From Eledone cirrhosa (lineage: Eukaryota), in contig OZ024741.1 of the NCBI GenBank assembly GCA_964016885.1, forward strand, positions 132,494,001 to 132,558,000: a DNA stretch of 64,000 nt, in the 5' to 3' direction. Under the pieces are notes generated by a model. It was not told where the DNA came from. It saw nothing but the letters and a program-made list of their open reading frames with translations, and ran no database searches. The stretch's first letter is position 1; each line of letters opens with the position of its first letter. Made by a program: the position numbers and the translations under genes. This document shows, one piece after another, positions 53,201 through 64,000 of the stretch.

Positions 53201-55723
53201 ACTAGGGGACCAAAGCTGTTAGCTGGGCCCGCGTGACAGAAGCCAAAAGTGGGATTAGATCCACTATCCCTTATTTGCGAGACCAGGATGGACGGGTGAT
53301 CTTTGAACCAGAGCAGATGTGCGAGGCCTTTCAAAGTCACTTTGCCCGATTGTTCGGAAGGGGCGGGGGGCCGGATGGGGATGTGGACTTCGGTCCATAC
53401 CTCGACGCCCTGCCGCGTCTTTCGGACGAGGAGGCGAAGTCCTGCGAGAGGCTGATCTCAGCTGCTGAAATAGGGACGTGCTGAGCCAATGCGGCAGACG
53501 CAAATCTCCGGGTCTTCCATATGAACTGTATTTAAGTATGCCGGACGTGTTCTTCGATCTCCTGAGGCGGTCTACTGCAACAGGCAACAGAACGGGAGAA
53601 GTCCCTGTTCTGTGACCAAGGGCGTAGTCTCGCTAGTGAGGAAGGACGAGAACAAGGGGAATGAAATAAGTAATTTCAGGCCCATAACTCTGCTAAATGC
53701 AGAGTTAAAGATTTTGGCCAAGGTGTTAGCAAAGAGGTTGGCGCTTGTCGTGGGCAACCTGGTGGGAGATACGCAGACATGCGCTATCCCGTCCAGGTCC
53801 ATTCACGACAACCTCCACCTCATGCAATACATCATAGAGAGGGTTGGGAACGAACCCGGCTTCTGGTGGGGCCCTGATCAACTTGGATCAATCTAAGGCG
53901 TTCGATAGGGTCGACCATCGTTACCTGGATGCGGTGCTAGTGGCGGCAGGTTTCGGACCCGTTTTCAGGGGCTGGATCACTGCCATGCACAGCAGCCGCA
54001 TCTGCTCAAGGGTCAAGGTGAACGGCTACCTCTCGGAGCCGTTCGAAATCACGCGGTCCATCCGACAGGGATGCCCTCTCTCCTCCCTTCTGTATGTATT
54101 GGCCCTCGAGTCACTGCTGCGGAGTTGTTACGGGGCATCCCTTTGGAACCGGGATTGCGGAAAGCGGTGTCGGCCTACGCCGATGACGTGACAGTAATGG
54201 TGTCAACCGCCTCGGAAATCGGGGTATCGGCACCTTACTGGAGGAATACGAAGAGTTTACAGGGGCTAAGCTGAACCGGGACAAGTCAGGCGGTTTGCAA
54301 AGGGGGAAACCGATGGCCTCCGACGACGTCGTCGGACGTTGGACGGAGGGCCCGGTGAAGTTGCTCGGGGTCTGGTTCGGGCCAGACCTCCAGGTGGAGA
54401 AGAACTGGGGTGAGGTATCGAACAGGGTGTTTGCGCTGACCTTGAAGTGGGCCGAGTGCAAACTATCCCTGAAAGGTCGGGCGGAGGTGGCGAACGCTTA
54501 TATAGCGTCCGTCATCTATTACCGCCGGACTGTCGTGCCTTGCCCAAGGGAACCGTTCACCAAAATGGAGCGCGCACTCTTCCAATTCCTTTGGAAGAAG
54601 CGGGTTCCTTTGGTGAGGATATCCATCTGCTGTCAACACCCTTCGAAAGGAGGGCTGGGTATGCCGTGGCTGCTGATGCGTAAACACGCATTAAGGCTAC
54701 AGCACCTTCAGATATTCCTCACCGGTCAACCGGTGTGGGCCCCGTTTGTGAGGCGAGCCTTTCCAAGACTCGTCTCGCTCACCGAGCTGCAGTCCTGGGT
54801 CAAGCAAAGACCGAGAAAACTGGGCGCCTGGCACACCGAGTGTGCCCAGGCGCTCACGGCACTCTGGCAGGCGGACCCGGCTATCGGTGGTGACTTCACC
54901 TCGTCATTTTATAGAGTGCTGGTGGTTAGCAGGTGCCACGACGCCCTCGGAGAAGCCCTAGGCATGGAAGAAGACGAACTGGCCAGCTTATTCGGTAGGA
55001 CATTTGGCCCGGGACCTATGGACAACTTCCAGAGGTTCCTGGCCTGGCAGTGCTACCGAGGGGCGCTGCCCGTTCGAGAAAAGCTCTACAGACACGGGCG
55101 CCCGGGTAGGGATCCCTCGAAAAAGATCTGTCCCAGATGCGTGCGCGACGAGGAAACCGTTGGTCCCACCCGTGACTGCTGTCACGGGTGGGACCAATCC
55201 GGTTGACCACCGAGTCCATTGTAACGATCAAGCAGCCTCCCCCCTTCACAAATGAAGGAGAGGCGGTCTTCCTCTGTATAATAGCCATGGTGAAAGAGGT
55301 GGTATGGTGGACACGTTTGAAAGGGCTGAGGTCAGACACCTTTCTCTCCGGCCAACAACTGGTCCTTTTCTTTAAATACCATTTTAAGAGAAGGATCAGA
55401 ATGGAGAAAGAGGTGCTCTACCCCATGAAGTTTTATGAAAGGTGGGTGAAAGTAGCGAGAATGGCCCGTGTGAATGGACCTTCTCTCTTTATCAGCCTGT
55501 AGGTGAAAAGGTGGAAGTTCAAGGGAGCACCCTCTCTCTGTGCTCCTAAGGAAAAGGGTTGCACACTTTTTCGGAGCGATGTGCGACCCCCAAAACACCT
55601 CCTCCCTATTGAGGACTGTATTGTTAATTTTATATTTGTTATTTGTTTTTTACTCGTTCTTTTACGTAAATTCCCCCCTTTATATTTGTACCCTTTTATG
55701 CCCTCGTGGCTAATAAATAGAAA
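50205..55723 (+). mobile_element. Full-length, heavily decayed Tx1/L1-clade LINE
   Basis: 5' motif ACGCTT..ACATCGGCTCC shared with ~23415-23435; ORF1 CYLCGDRGHLRAACP; ORF2 from ATG ~52218 with many stops, frameshifts and deletions. Confidence 0.92.
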
Positions 55724-55758
55724 CTTATCTATCTATCTATCTATATATGTCTCTATAT

Positions 55759-58700
55759 CTGGTCACCGTCTACTCCCCTTTCGGAGCTGAATGGCCCGAC
55801 TTCTTCCAGCGTTTGGAGACTTTTCTGGGAACGTCGCGTTCCCTGCTTCTAGCGGGGGATTGGAATGACATCCTAGATGCACGTTGGGACTATGCAGGAG
55901 CATGTCCTAATAGAGGGGGGTGTAACAGCCTCAAGGGGTTACTCGACCGTTTTAACTTGGTCGATAGATATCGACTAGATTTTCCAACTGTGCCTACCTG
56001 GACTTGGAGAAACCACAGTGGTCAATCTAGATCGTACTTAGATAGATTCTTAGTTAGAAGTAAGGATAGGGACATATTAAGCTGTCCAGAAATGCGCACG
56101 GTTGGCTATACGGATCACAAATTAGTGACCTGCGTAGTCAATCTCGAGAAAACACATAAACAGGGTCCCGGTTACTGGAAATTTAATTTGTCTTTACCGG
56201 CAAAAGAGACTTACAGAAACCGGATTAGCAGATTAGTTAAGGAGAGGTTGACGGGTGCAATCGTCAACAACCGATGGTGGGCATCACTCAAAAGAGAGAT
56301 TAGAACAGAATCAATAAGTTATAGCAAGATGTTAGCTGCCGATAGGAATAGAAACGAGAAAGAATTAACAGGTAAATTAGAAGAGGCAATCAAGAGCGAA
56401 GATGTGGCCAGAGTGCTGGCATCGAGGACGGCCTTGAACCAGTTTTTCGATGCAAAGCACGAAGGCTGCGTCATTCGAAGTAAAATACGTGCTCTAGGTA
56501 ATGAGGGGGCCAAAGCCGTTGGCTGGGCCCGCGTGACAGAAGCTAAGAGTGGAAATCGATCCACCATCCGGTCGTTGCAAGACGAGGATGGACGGGTGAT
56601 CCGGGAGCCTAAGCAGATGTGCGAGGCCTTTCAAAGGCACTTTGCCCGATTATTCGGGGGAGGGGAGGGTCCGAGCGGGGACATGGATTTCGGTCCATAC
56701 CTCGACGGCCTGCCGCGTCTCTCGAGCGAAGAGGCAGAGTCCTGCGAGGGACCAATCTCGGCTGATGAGATCGGAGATGCGCTGAGCCAATGCAGCAGAC
56801 GCAAATCTCCAGGTCTCGATGGTATACCTTACGAACTTTATTTAGCACTGCCGGTCTTCTTCTCCGAACTCCTCGAAGCGGTCTACTGCAATTGGCAGCA
56901 GAACGGGAGAATTCTTTGTTCTGTAGCCAAGGGCGTAGTCTCGCTGGTGAGGAAGGACGAGAACAAGGGGGATAGTATAAATAATTTTCGGCCCATAACC
57001 CTGCTAAACACAGAGTTAAAGATTTTGGCCAAGGTGTTAGCAAAGAGGTTGGCGCTTGTCGTGGGTAGCCTGGTGGGAGATGCGCAGACATGTGCTATCC
57101 CATCCAGGTCCATTCACGATAACCTCCACCTCATGCGATACATCATAGAGAGGGTTGGCAACAAACCCGGCTTCGGTGGGGCCCTGATCAACTTGGATCA
57201 GTCTAAGGCGTTCGATAGGGTCGACCATGGTTACCTAGATGCGGTGCTAGCGGCGGCTGGGTTCGGTCCTGTTTTCAGAGGCTGGATCACTGCCTTACAT
57301 AGCAACCACATCTGTTCTAGGGTCAAGGTGAACGGCTACCTTTCGAAGCCGTTCGAAATCACACGATCCATTCGACAGGGGTGCCCTCTCTCCTCCCTTC
57401 TGTACGTATTGACTCTCGAGCCTTTACTGAGGAAGTTAGAGTTGTTGCAGGGTATCCCCCTGGAACCAGGATTGAGCAAAGCGGTGTCGGCCTACGCCGA
57501 TGACGTAACAGTAATGGTATCGACCGACTCGGAAATCGAGGCGATCGGTACCTTACTGGAGGATTACGAAAGGTTGTCAGGAGCGAAACTGAACCGGGAA
57601 AAATCCATCGGGCTGCAACTCGGAACGTGGAGAGGCAGACTGATGCCTCCCGACGGTGTCGTCGGACACTGGACGGAGGGCCCGGTAAAGTTGCTTGGGG
57701 TCTGGTTTGGACCGGACCTCCAGGTGGAAAAGAACTGGTACGAGGTTACGATAAAGGTGTTTGCACTAACCCCGAAATGGGCCAAGTGTAAGCTGTCCCT
57801 AAAAGGCCGGGCGGAGGTGGCGAACATTTACATAGCGTCCGTCACTTACTACCGCCTGACTGTCGTGCCTTGCCCTAAGGAAACACTCACCACCATGGAA
57901 CGCATTCTCTTCCAATTTATTTGGAAGAAGCGCCCTCCTATGGTGAGAAGATCCATCTGCTGCCAACAACCTTCGAAAGGAGGGCTGGGGATGCCGTGGT
58001 TGATGATGCGTAGGCACGCATTAAGGCTACGGCACCTACAGGTATTCCTCACTGGTCAACCGGTGTGGGCTCCGTTCGTGAAACGAGCCTTTCCGAGACT
58101 CGTCTCGCTCACCGAGCTGCAGTCCTGGGTCAAGCAAAGATCCGGAAAACTGGGAGACTGGCACACTGAGTGTGCTCAGGCGCTCAGGGCTCTCTGGCAA
58201 GCGGGCCAGGCCATCGGTGGAGAGTCCACCTCATCATTCTATAGAGGGCTGGTGGCTAGCAGGGGCGATGACACCCTTGGAGAGTCGCTGGACATGGAAG
58301 AGGACGAACTGGCCAGCCTGTTCGGTAGGACTTTCGGCCCGGGACCAATGGACAACTTCCAGAAGTCACTAGCCTGGCAGTGCTACCGGGGGGCTCTACC
58401 CGTTCGAGAGAGGCTCTACAGACACGGGCGCCCGGGCAGGGATCCCTCGAAAAAGATTTGCCCTAGATGCGTGCGTCACGAAGAAACCGTTGCGCACGCA
58501 TTGGTGCAATGTCCGGGCGTGGCTTATCTGTGGGGCTACGCCGAACGACTGCTGTCGCGGGTGGCGCCGATTCAATTGACCGCCGAGTCCGTGATGACAA
58601 TCAAACCGCCTCCCCTCTTCACAAAGGAAGCAAAGGCGGTTTTTCTGTGCGTAATAGCCATGTTGAAAGAGGTTGTTTGGTGGACACGATTGAAAGGTCT

Positions 58701-59090
58701 GAGGTCAGGCAACTTCCTCTCTGGCCATAGTCTGGTCTACTTCTTCCGATATCACTTCGGAAGAAGGATAAGAATGGAGAGAGAGGTGCTTGGCCACAGG
58801 CAGTTTTATTAAAGGTGGGTGATAGTGGCGAGAATGGCTCGTGTAAATGGGCCTTCTCTGTATACCATCCTGTAGGTAGAGAAGTGAAGGAGAGGGGAGC
58901 ACCTTCTCCATGTGCTCCCCGGGCAAAGGATTGCACACTTTTTCGGGGGTGTGTGCAACCCCCATCACGTCCCCTCCCTTTTGAGGTTATTTTCGATTAT
59001 TTTCATTTTATACCCTTTTTACTCGATTGTATGTAAACTCCCCCTTTGTATTTGTCCCTTCTTTTTATGCCTTTATGGTAAATAAAGAAA
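55759..59090 (+). mobile_element. 5'-truncated Tx1/L1-clade LINE with >1000 codon open ORF2 (55747-58812)
   Basis: APE C-half, complete RT and CCHC; premature TAA ~18 codons before the normal end; TATC-type repeats on both sides. Confidence 0.93.
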
Positions 59091-59362
59091 TATATCTATA
59101 TATGTCTCTATATCTACCTATCTACCTATCTGTCTATCTCCCTATATGTCTCTATATCTATCTATCTACCTATCTACCTGTCTCTCTATATGTCTCTATA
59201 TCTATCTATCTACCTCTCTATCTATCTGTCTATCTTTCTATATGTCTCTATATGTCTCTATATGTCTCTATATGTCTCTATATAACAAAGGAATTGTCGT
59301 AAGGAACCAGATGGACCATAACGCACCAGAGCACTCAATACTTAAGGTAGTAGAGTGGGGAA

Positions 59363-59499
59363 ATAGGAAAAAGTTTGACCCCGACGGCAAAGCTCAAGCC
59401 GTTTCGACGGCTATTTCTGGACTATTTCTGAACTATTTCGTTCAGTAATAGCCGTTGAAACGGCTTGAGCTCTGCCGTCGGGGTCATACTTTTTCCTAT
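59363..59499. repeat. Fold-back inverted repeat made of the 3' half of the hammerhead family at 30897
   Basis: ATAGGAAAAAGTTTGACCCCGACGGCA..CCGTTTCGACGGCTATT vs AATAGCCGTTGAAACGG..TGCCGTCGGGGTCATACTTTTTCCTAT. Confidence 0.8.
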
Positions 59500-60190
59500 G
59501 TCTCTCTCTCTATATATATATATCTACTTATCTGTCCCTCATCCTATGTACGTCTATTGTTTTCTAATACATTTTACCTGAAGGCTCGGCGATACTTTTT
59601 ATTTTTATTTTTTTTGTTGTTGTTTTTCTTTTACTCTATATTCTTTCTGTATTTTTTTTCTCATTTTAGAGCTTATTCCTATCTCATTCTACCCCACTAT
59701 TTTCTTTATGTTGCTGTCACCCTACTCTCTAACTTTCTCTTTCTCTTTCTCTCTCGTCTGTCATTTTCCTTTTCTTTCTCCTTTTCCCCTGCCATTTCTA
59801 CTTTACTTTCTCTTTTTTCCGACTCCGATTTTTCCAAGACATTGTTTTACAATTTTACATTTATGAAACGAACGCTATTCGTTGCTGATGCTGTTGTTAT
59901 TGTTTTCATTCTTTGGCTCAGTTTTAAACATGACCATCTATTGTGTCTTTTCCTTTTATTGAGATATGATTTTTTAGAGATTTAGCTGCTATTTCTAAAA
60001 AATTCATTGACCACAGAACGACGGCACATAATATTTTGCCTCACAGTACTGGCACTATTAATCTAGGAAGGCGGTGAAAGTGAATATTTTACGCTCTAAC
60101 TGTCCAAATTGATCAATGAAAATCCCATATAGGTCTGCTTCGGAATCCGGTGGCTACTGGTGGCCCTAGTTTCTGCATCTGTAAGTATTC

Positions 60191-60480
60191 TACAGGGTGA
60201 CCCTAAAGTCTGGACACATAGGAAAAATGCATATTTTCAATTTTAAAATATCAACAAAATTTGATTTAATTGAAATACTAATAAAAATAAACATCTTTAA
60301 TGTGATTTCCAACACTTTTTATGCAAAGGTGAGATGCGCTTTGCGAGATTCCCGTGAACCCGATGCATTATCTCCACATTTCCGTCAATTTGAATACATT
60401 CATTCATGATGTTCCTTCAAGTATCTTGTATCTGTGATTTTCATTGAGCATATCTTCTCCTTTAACATACCCCAGAAAAA
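60191..60480 (-). mobile_element. Tc1/mariner DNA transposon 3' end
   Basis: TA|CAGGGTG terminus; minus-strand translation FFWGMLKEKI matches the Tc1/mariner C-terminal WGxLKxK motif. Confidence 0.7.
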
Positions 60481-60972
60481 TGAAGATTAATCTGTGGGGC
60501 AAAAGAATTATAGTTAGTTATAAATAGTAATATTTCCGTTAAGGACATCATGTACAGTAAACTGGACTAAAGTCAAGTAGACTATATAACTTAATATAAC
60601 TAGGACCCTACCATCAAAGAAACCTCTTCAAGGTTTAAGACGAAACATATCTTATCTCTCATCTGTTATTGTCACTCATTGCTGATTCAGATGGTGTCAT
60701 TATACACGAACTACATTTAGATGTCTTTGAGGCAAGGAACCTGCGTTGTTTTGAATTAGGGACATTATCCATCTCTGAGACAAGTAATCTACGTGGGTTT
60801 GACTGAAAGACCTCAGCAATAAGTTGAGTAAAGAACCGCTATTGATAGAGATACACAAGTATGTTTTCTTTTATCAACTGCTGATATTTCTAGCTGTTGG
60901 CTTCCTAATCCTATCCATAGGATTGAACTTGGATTATTACATCCCGTGTTTTAATGTACCATACCGACAACT

Positions 60973-61135
60973 AAGGTGGCGAATTGGCAGAGTCATTAGA
61001 ACGTCGTATTGAATGAATACATTGGGGTATTTATTCCGGCTCTCTGCACTCCAAGTTCAAATTCCACCGAGGTCAACTTTGCCTTTCATCGTTTCGAGAG
61101 TGATAAAAAAAGTTCCGGTCCAGTACTGGAGTACA
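60973..61135 (+). mobile_element. Diverged tRNA-derived SINE
   Basis: GGCGAATTGGCAGAGTC...AGTTCAAATTCCACCGAGGTCAACTTTGCCTTTCATC. Confidence 0.7.
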
Positions 61136-61250
61136 TTCGTCCTCTGTATCTCTTTCTCACTTCTTCTCTATTATTCTCTCTGTTTCTCTAGAAAAAAGTC
61201 GGCTGTTTTCGGACGTGGAGAGGGGTTTGGCACAACCATGTTAAAATAAT

Positions 61251-61433
61251 TGTTTCTACTTTAGGCACAAGGCCAGCAATTACCCAGTGCATTACTGGTA
61301 CTTTATTTTATCGACCCCGTAAGAATGAAAGGCAAAGTCAACCTCGGCGGGATTTCAACTCAGATCGTAAAGGGACGTAACTATGCTGGAAAGCATGGCG
61401 TCCGACCCTCTACCGATACTGCCAATTCACCCC
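61251..61433 (-). mobile_element. Full-length tRNA-derived SINE with 18 bp target-site duplication
   Basis: CAACCATGTTAAAATAAT at 61233-61250 and 61434-61451. Confidence 0.9.
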
Positions 61434-61754
61434 CAACCATGTTAAAATAATGCCTGTGAAACACTCAGCTATGCTTTTCATCCTTCCTGGATCAATAAAG
61501 TAAAGTACCAGTTAAGTACTAGATGTCGATATGATCGATTTTACTCTTTACCCAAATGTCTGGCTCTGTGCCAATGTTAACAAATTATTATTACTAAAAC
61601 ATATCTTACGAACAATATATACAATAATTTGTATAAGTTAGACCAGGAATATGAGAGGATGTGATTCTCGTTTGTGTAAACCAACACCGTCTGCTGAGAC
61701 AAATGTGGCTCACACCCACCCTTTTTTATTATTAGAATCGGAAGGGAAAAGGCA

Positions 61755-62825
61755 TGTGACCGTGTTCCACGGGACCTGCTATGGAAGGCTCTGCAGGAAT
61801 ATGGGATCGATGGTCAGCTTCTTGCTACCTTGATGTCTCTTTACAAATGCCCGAGTATTTGTGTTTGGATAAATGATACTAAATTGAAACCATTCAATGT
61901 GGGAGTCGGACTCCGCCGAGGGTGTGCACTGTTAACTCTTCTGTTCATTATTTTCATGAACAGGGTTGACATGCGCAGTCGGGTTGAAAGCGGTATTACG
62001 ACTGGCAGGTGTAGGATCAGTTGGCTGGGATTTGCAGACGACATTGTATTACTTAACTCGTCAGAAGGTGATCTTTGACAAGCACTTGATAGGATTAATG
62101 CCAAGTGATGCATGGCTGGAATGTAAATCAGTGCTGCGAAGACTGAGACACTCGTCGTCTCAAGGAAGCCTGCGCAGTGCATCCTACAAGTAAATGGAGT
62201 TCTACTGAAGCACGTAAAGAAATTCAAGTATCTCAGGGCCGTGTGTTCACGAGTAATGGAAGGCAGGTGGCGGCTGAATTAAGTGCAATAATTGCAGGAG
62301 CTGGTCCAGCTTCAACATTCGGTAATCAGAAGAAGGGGTGGAGGTGCAAATTTCAAACTCGCTATTTTCAATTCGGTATTCGTGCCAGCCCTTATCTATA
62401 GCCAGGAATCTATGTTTTGCGGCATATAGTTACGACCCTTTACGATTGCGAATTCAAGCAGCTGAAATGGGGTTCCTCCGATGGGTCTTTGGAGTAACGT
62501 TACTCGATAAAGTGCGTAGCTCGGAGATCAGAGTGTCACTCCAGGTAGAGCCGCTAGTTCTCAAAATTGAAAGATCACAGCTTCGATACTATAGGCATGT
62601 GGTTAGAATGTTTCAAGAAAGAAACGCTGAACAGATTTTACGAGGCAAACGAACCGGTAGGAGACCCAGGGGTAGACACCGAGCAAATTGGCTGGATCTG
62701 TTGGTCTCGCTTGGGTTTCGAGCCGGATCATTTGGAGGCGGTTGCTTCTGACAGGACCCGCTGGAAGGAGTGTTTAAGGATTCTACCCAACGACCCTCTC
62801 AGGAATAAGTGGGCGAAGAAGAATT
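61755..62825 (+). mobile_element. RTE-clade LINE 3' portion (RT domain), decayed
   Basis: LQEYGIDG, GLRRGCAL..LLFIIFM, FADDIVL, EFKYL, IQAAEMGFLR, RPRGR...W, DRTRWK. Confidence 0.85.
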
Positions 62826-62837
62826 GTGAGGGTGATA

Positions 62838-63050
62838 GATTAGCAGTATCGGTAGAGCGTCGGAAAATGTTTTGCGATATATAGCTACGTCCCTTCACGT
62901 TCTGATTCAAAAACCTATCGAGGTTAAGCTTTGCCTTTCATCCTTACAGGGTTAATAAAATAAAGTAACAGTAACGCACTGGGGTCGATTTAATCGACTT
63001 TCCCCTTCCCTTCAAATTGCTGGCCTTGTGCCTAAATCAGAAACAATTAT
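62838..63050 (+). mobile_element. tRNA-derived SINE, long variant
   Basis: Same head and core as 890-1078. Confidence 0.8.
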
Positions 63051-64000
63051 TGGAATTGGGTGAAGAATATCATCTACCATCGGAAAACTGGCAACAGTGG
63101 GCTCTCTTCTAAAGACAAGCAATCCAACAATCACTATCCTATCTTTTCCCTGTTTGGAGGGAACATAGAGTTACATTATTCAACATATCGTTGTTGTTGT
63201 TTTTTAACGTTATGGTGTGATTTGATGGTGATTTCACTGCTATTTATTGCATATCGATCAACCATATAAAGACTCTTGTTAGCTCGTTGTAGTAAAGTTA
63301 TGTATGTTGTTACTGCTATAAATGTGTTGTTGTTGCTGTTAGTCCTTTTGATGATTATGTTGTTTTTGTTATTATTTTTATGATGGTGTTTTTGTGGCTA
63401 TTTTTGTTGATGTTGTTATTGTTACTGTTGTTGTTGCCGCTGCTGTTATTGTTGTTGTTGATGTTCTTGCTGTCATGGTTACATGATATTTGTTTTCAGT
63501 TTCAGTCCTTGGGGTGTGTCTCAAACGCCAGAGTGAGTCACTGGCATAAAAGTATTATGAGAAACTATAGAGAACCTCTGGCAGTTTTATGGACGTTGCT
63601 CAATACCTTCTCAACTTTTGCCTCTCGTAAATAACTGAATGGAAAGGACTTACACCTCCTTGTATGACTTAGATCTATTAAGAATTTTGTTAATTATGTA
63701 TGTTATTATAAAATGCCATTTATTTCTCCCGCGTAAAATGCCACAAATCCAATCTCGTGTGTTCACGCCCAGTTGTTCTTCCTCTTCTTTTTCCTCTTCT
63801 TCTCCTTCTTGTAGTTGTCGTTGTTATTGCCGTCGTCATCATTATGTATGAAGTGTCACACGTATTTAGAAGCAAAACATTGAAGTCCCAATGGTAGTGC
63901 CCATCTGTCTGTATTGTTACTAACGCCTCGGGTATTTAGTTGTTCCCTTGGGGGACATCAATCAGAATACTGGTTTGAAATTTTTTTCTCGCATGTGCAG

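Overview
Gene-free, AT-rich, microsatellite-saturated eukaryotic DNA. The SINE repertoire and (TA)n/(CA)n/(GA)n/(GATA)n/(CATA)n density suggest an octopus or other cephalopod; this is an inference. No host exon could be supported, and most listed ORFs are translations of simple repeats. The real coding content is retroelements. There are four Penelope-like elements (RT + GIY-YIG, Naiad-type motifs) ending in (TA)n. Eight Tx1/L1-clade LINE copies sit in two clusters, all in (GATA)n and all in the same orientation to it. Two R4/Dong-like RLE retrotransposons, an RTE 3' remnant and three of five copies of a ~600 bp non-autonomous RTE derivative are packed into a (CATA)n array. tRNA-derived SINEs, MITEs and a Tc1/mariner end also occur. 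Reading both strands by eye found about 19 type I hammerhead ribozyme motifs between 1.8 and 39.1 kb, most with palindromic (dimer-type) stem III. They include two multi-copy non-canonical cores (CUGAAAGA, CAGAAGA), a ~322 bp retrozyme-like tandem unit and several fold-back palindromes. One Penelope copy has an in-frame TGA at a conserved zinc-finger Cys, reminiscent of selenocysteine-coding Naiads. Coordinates were counted by hand and may be off by a few bases.
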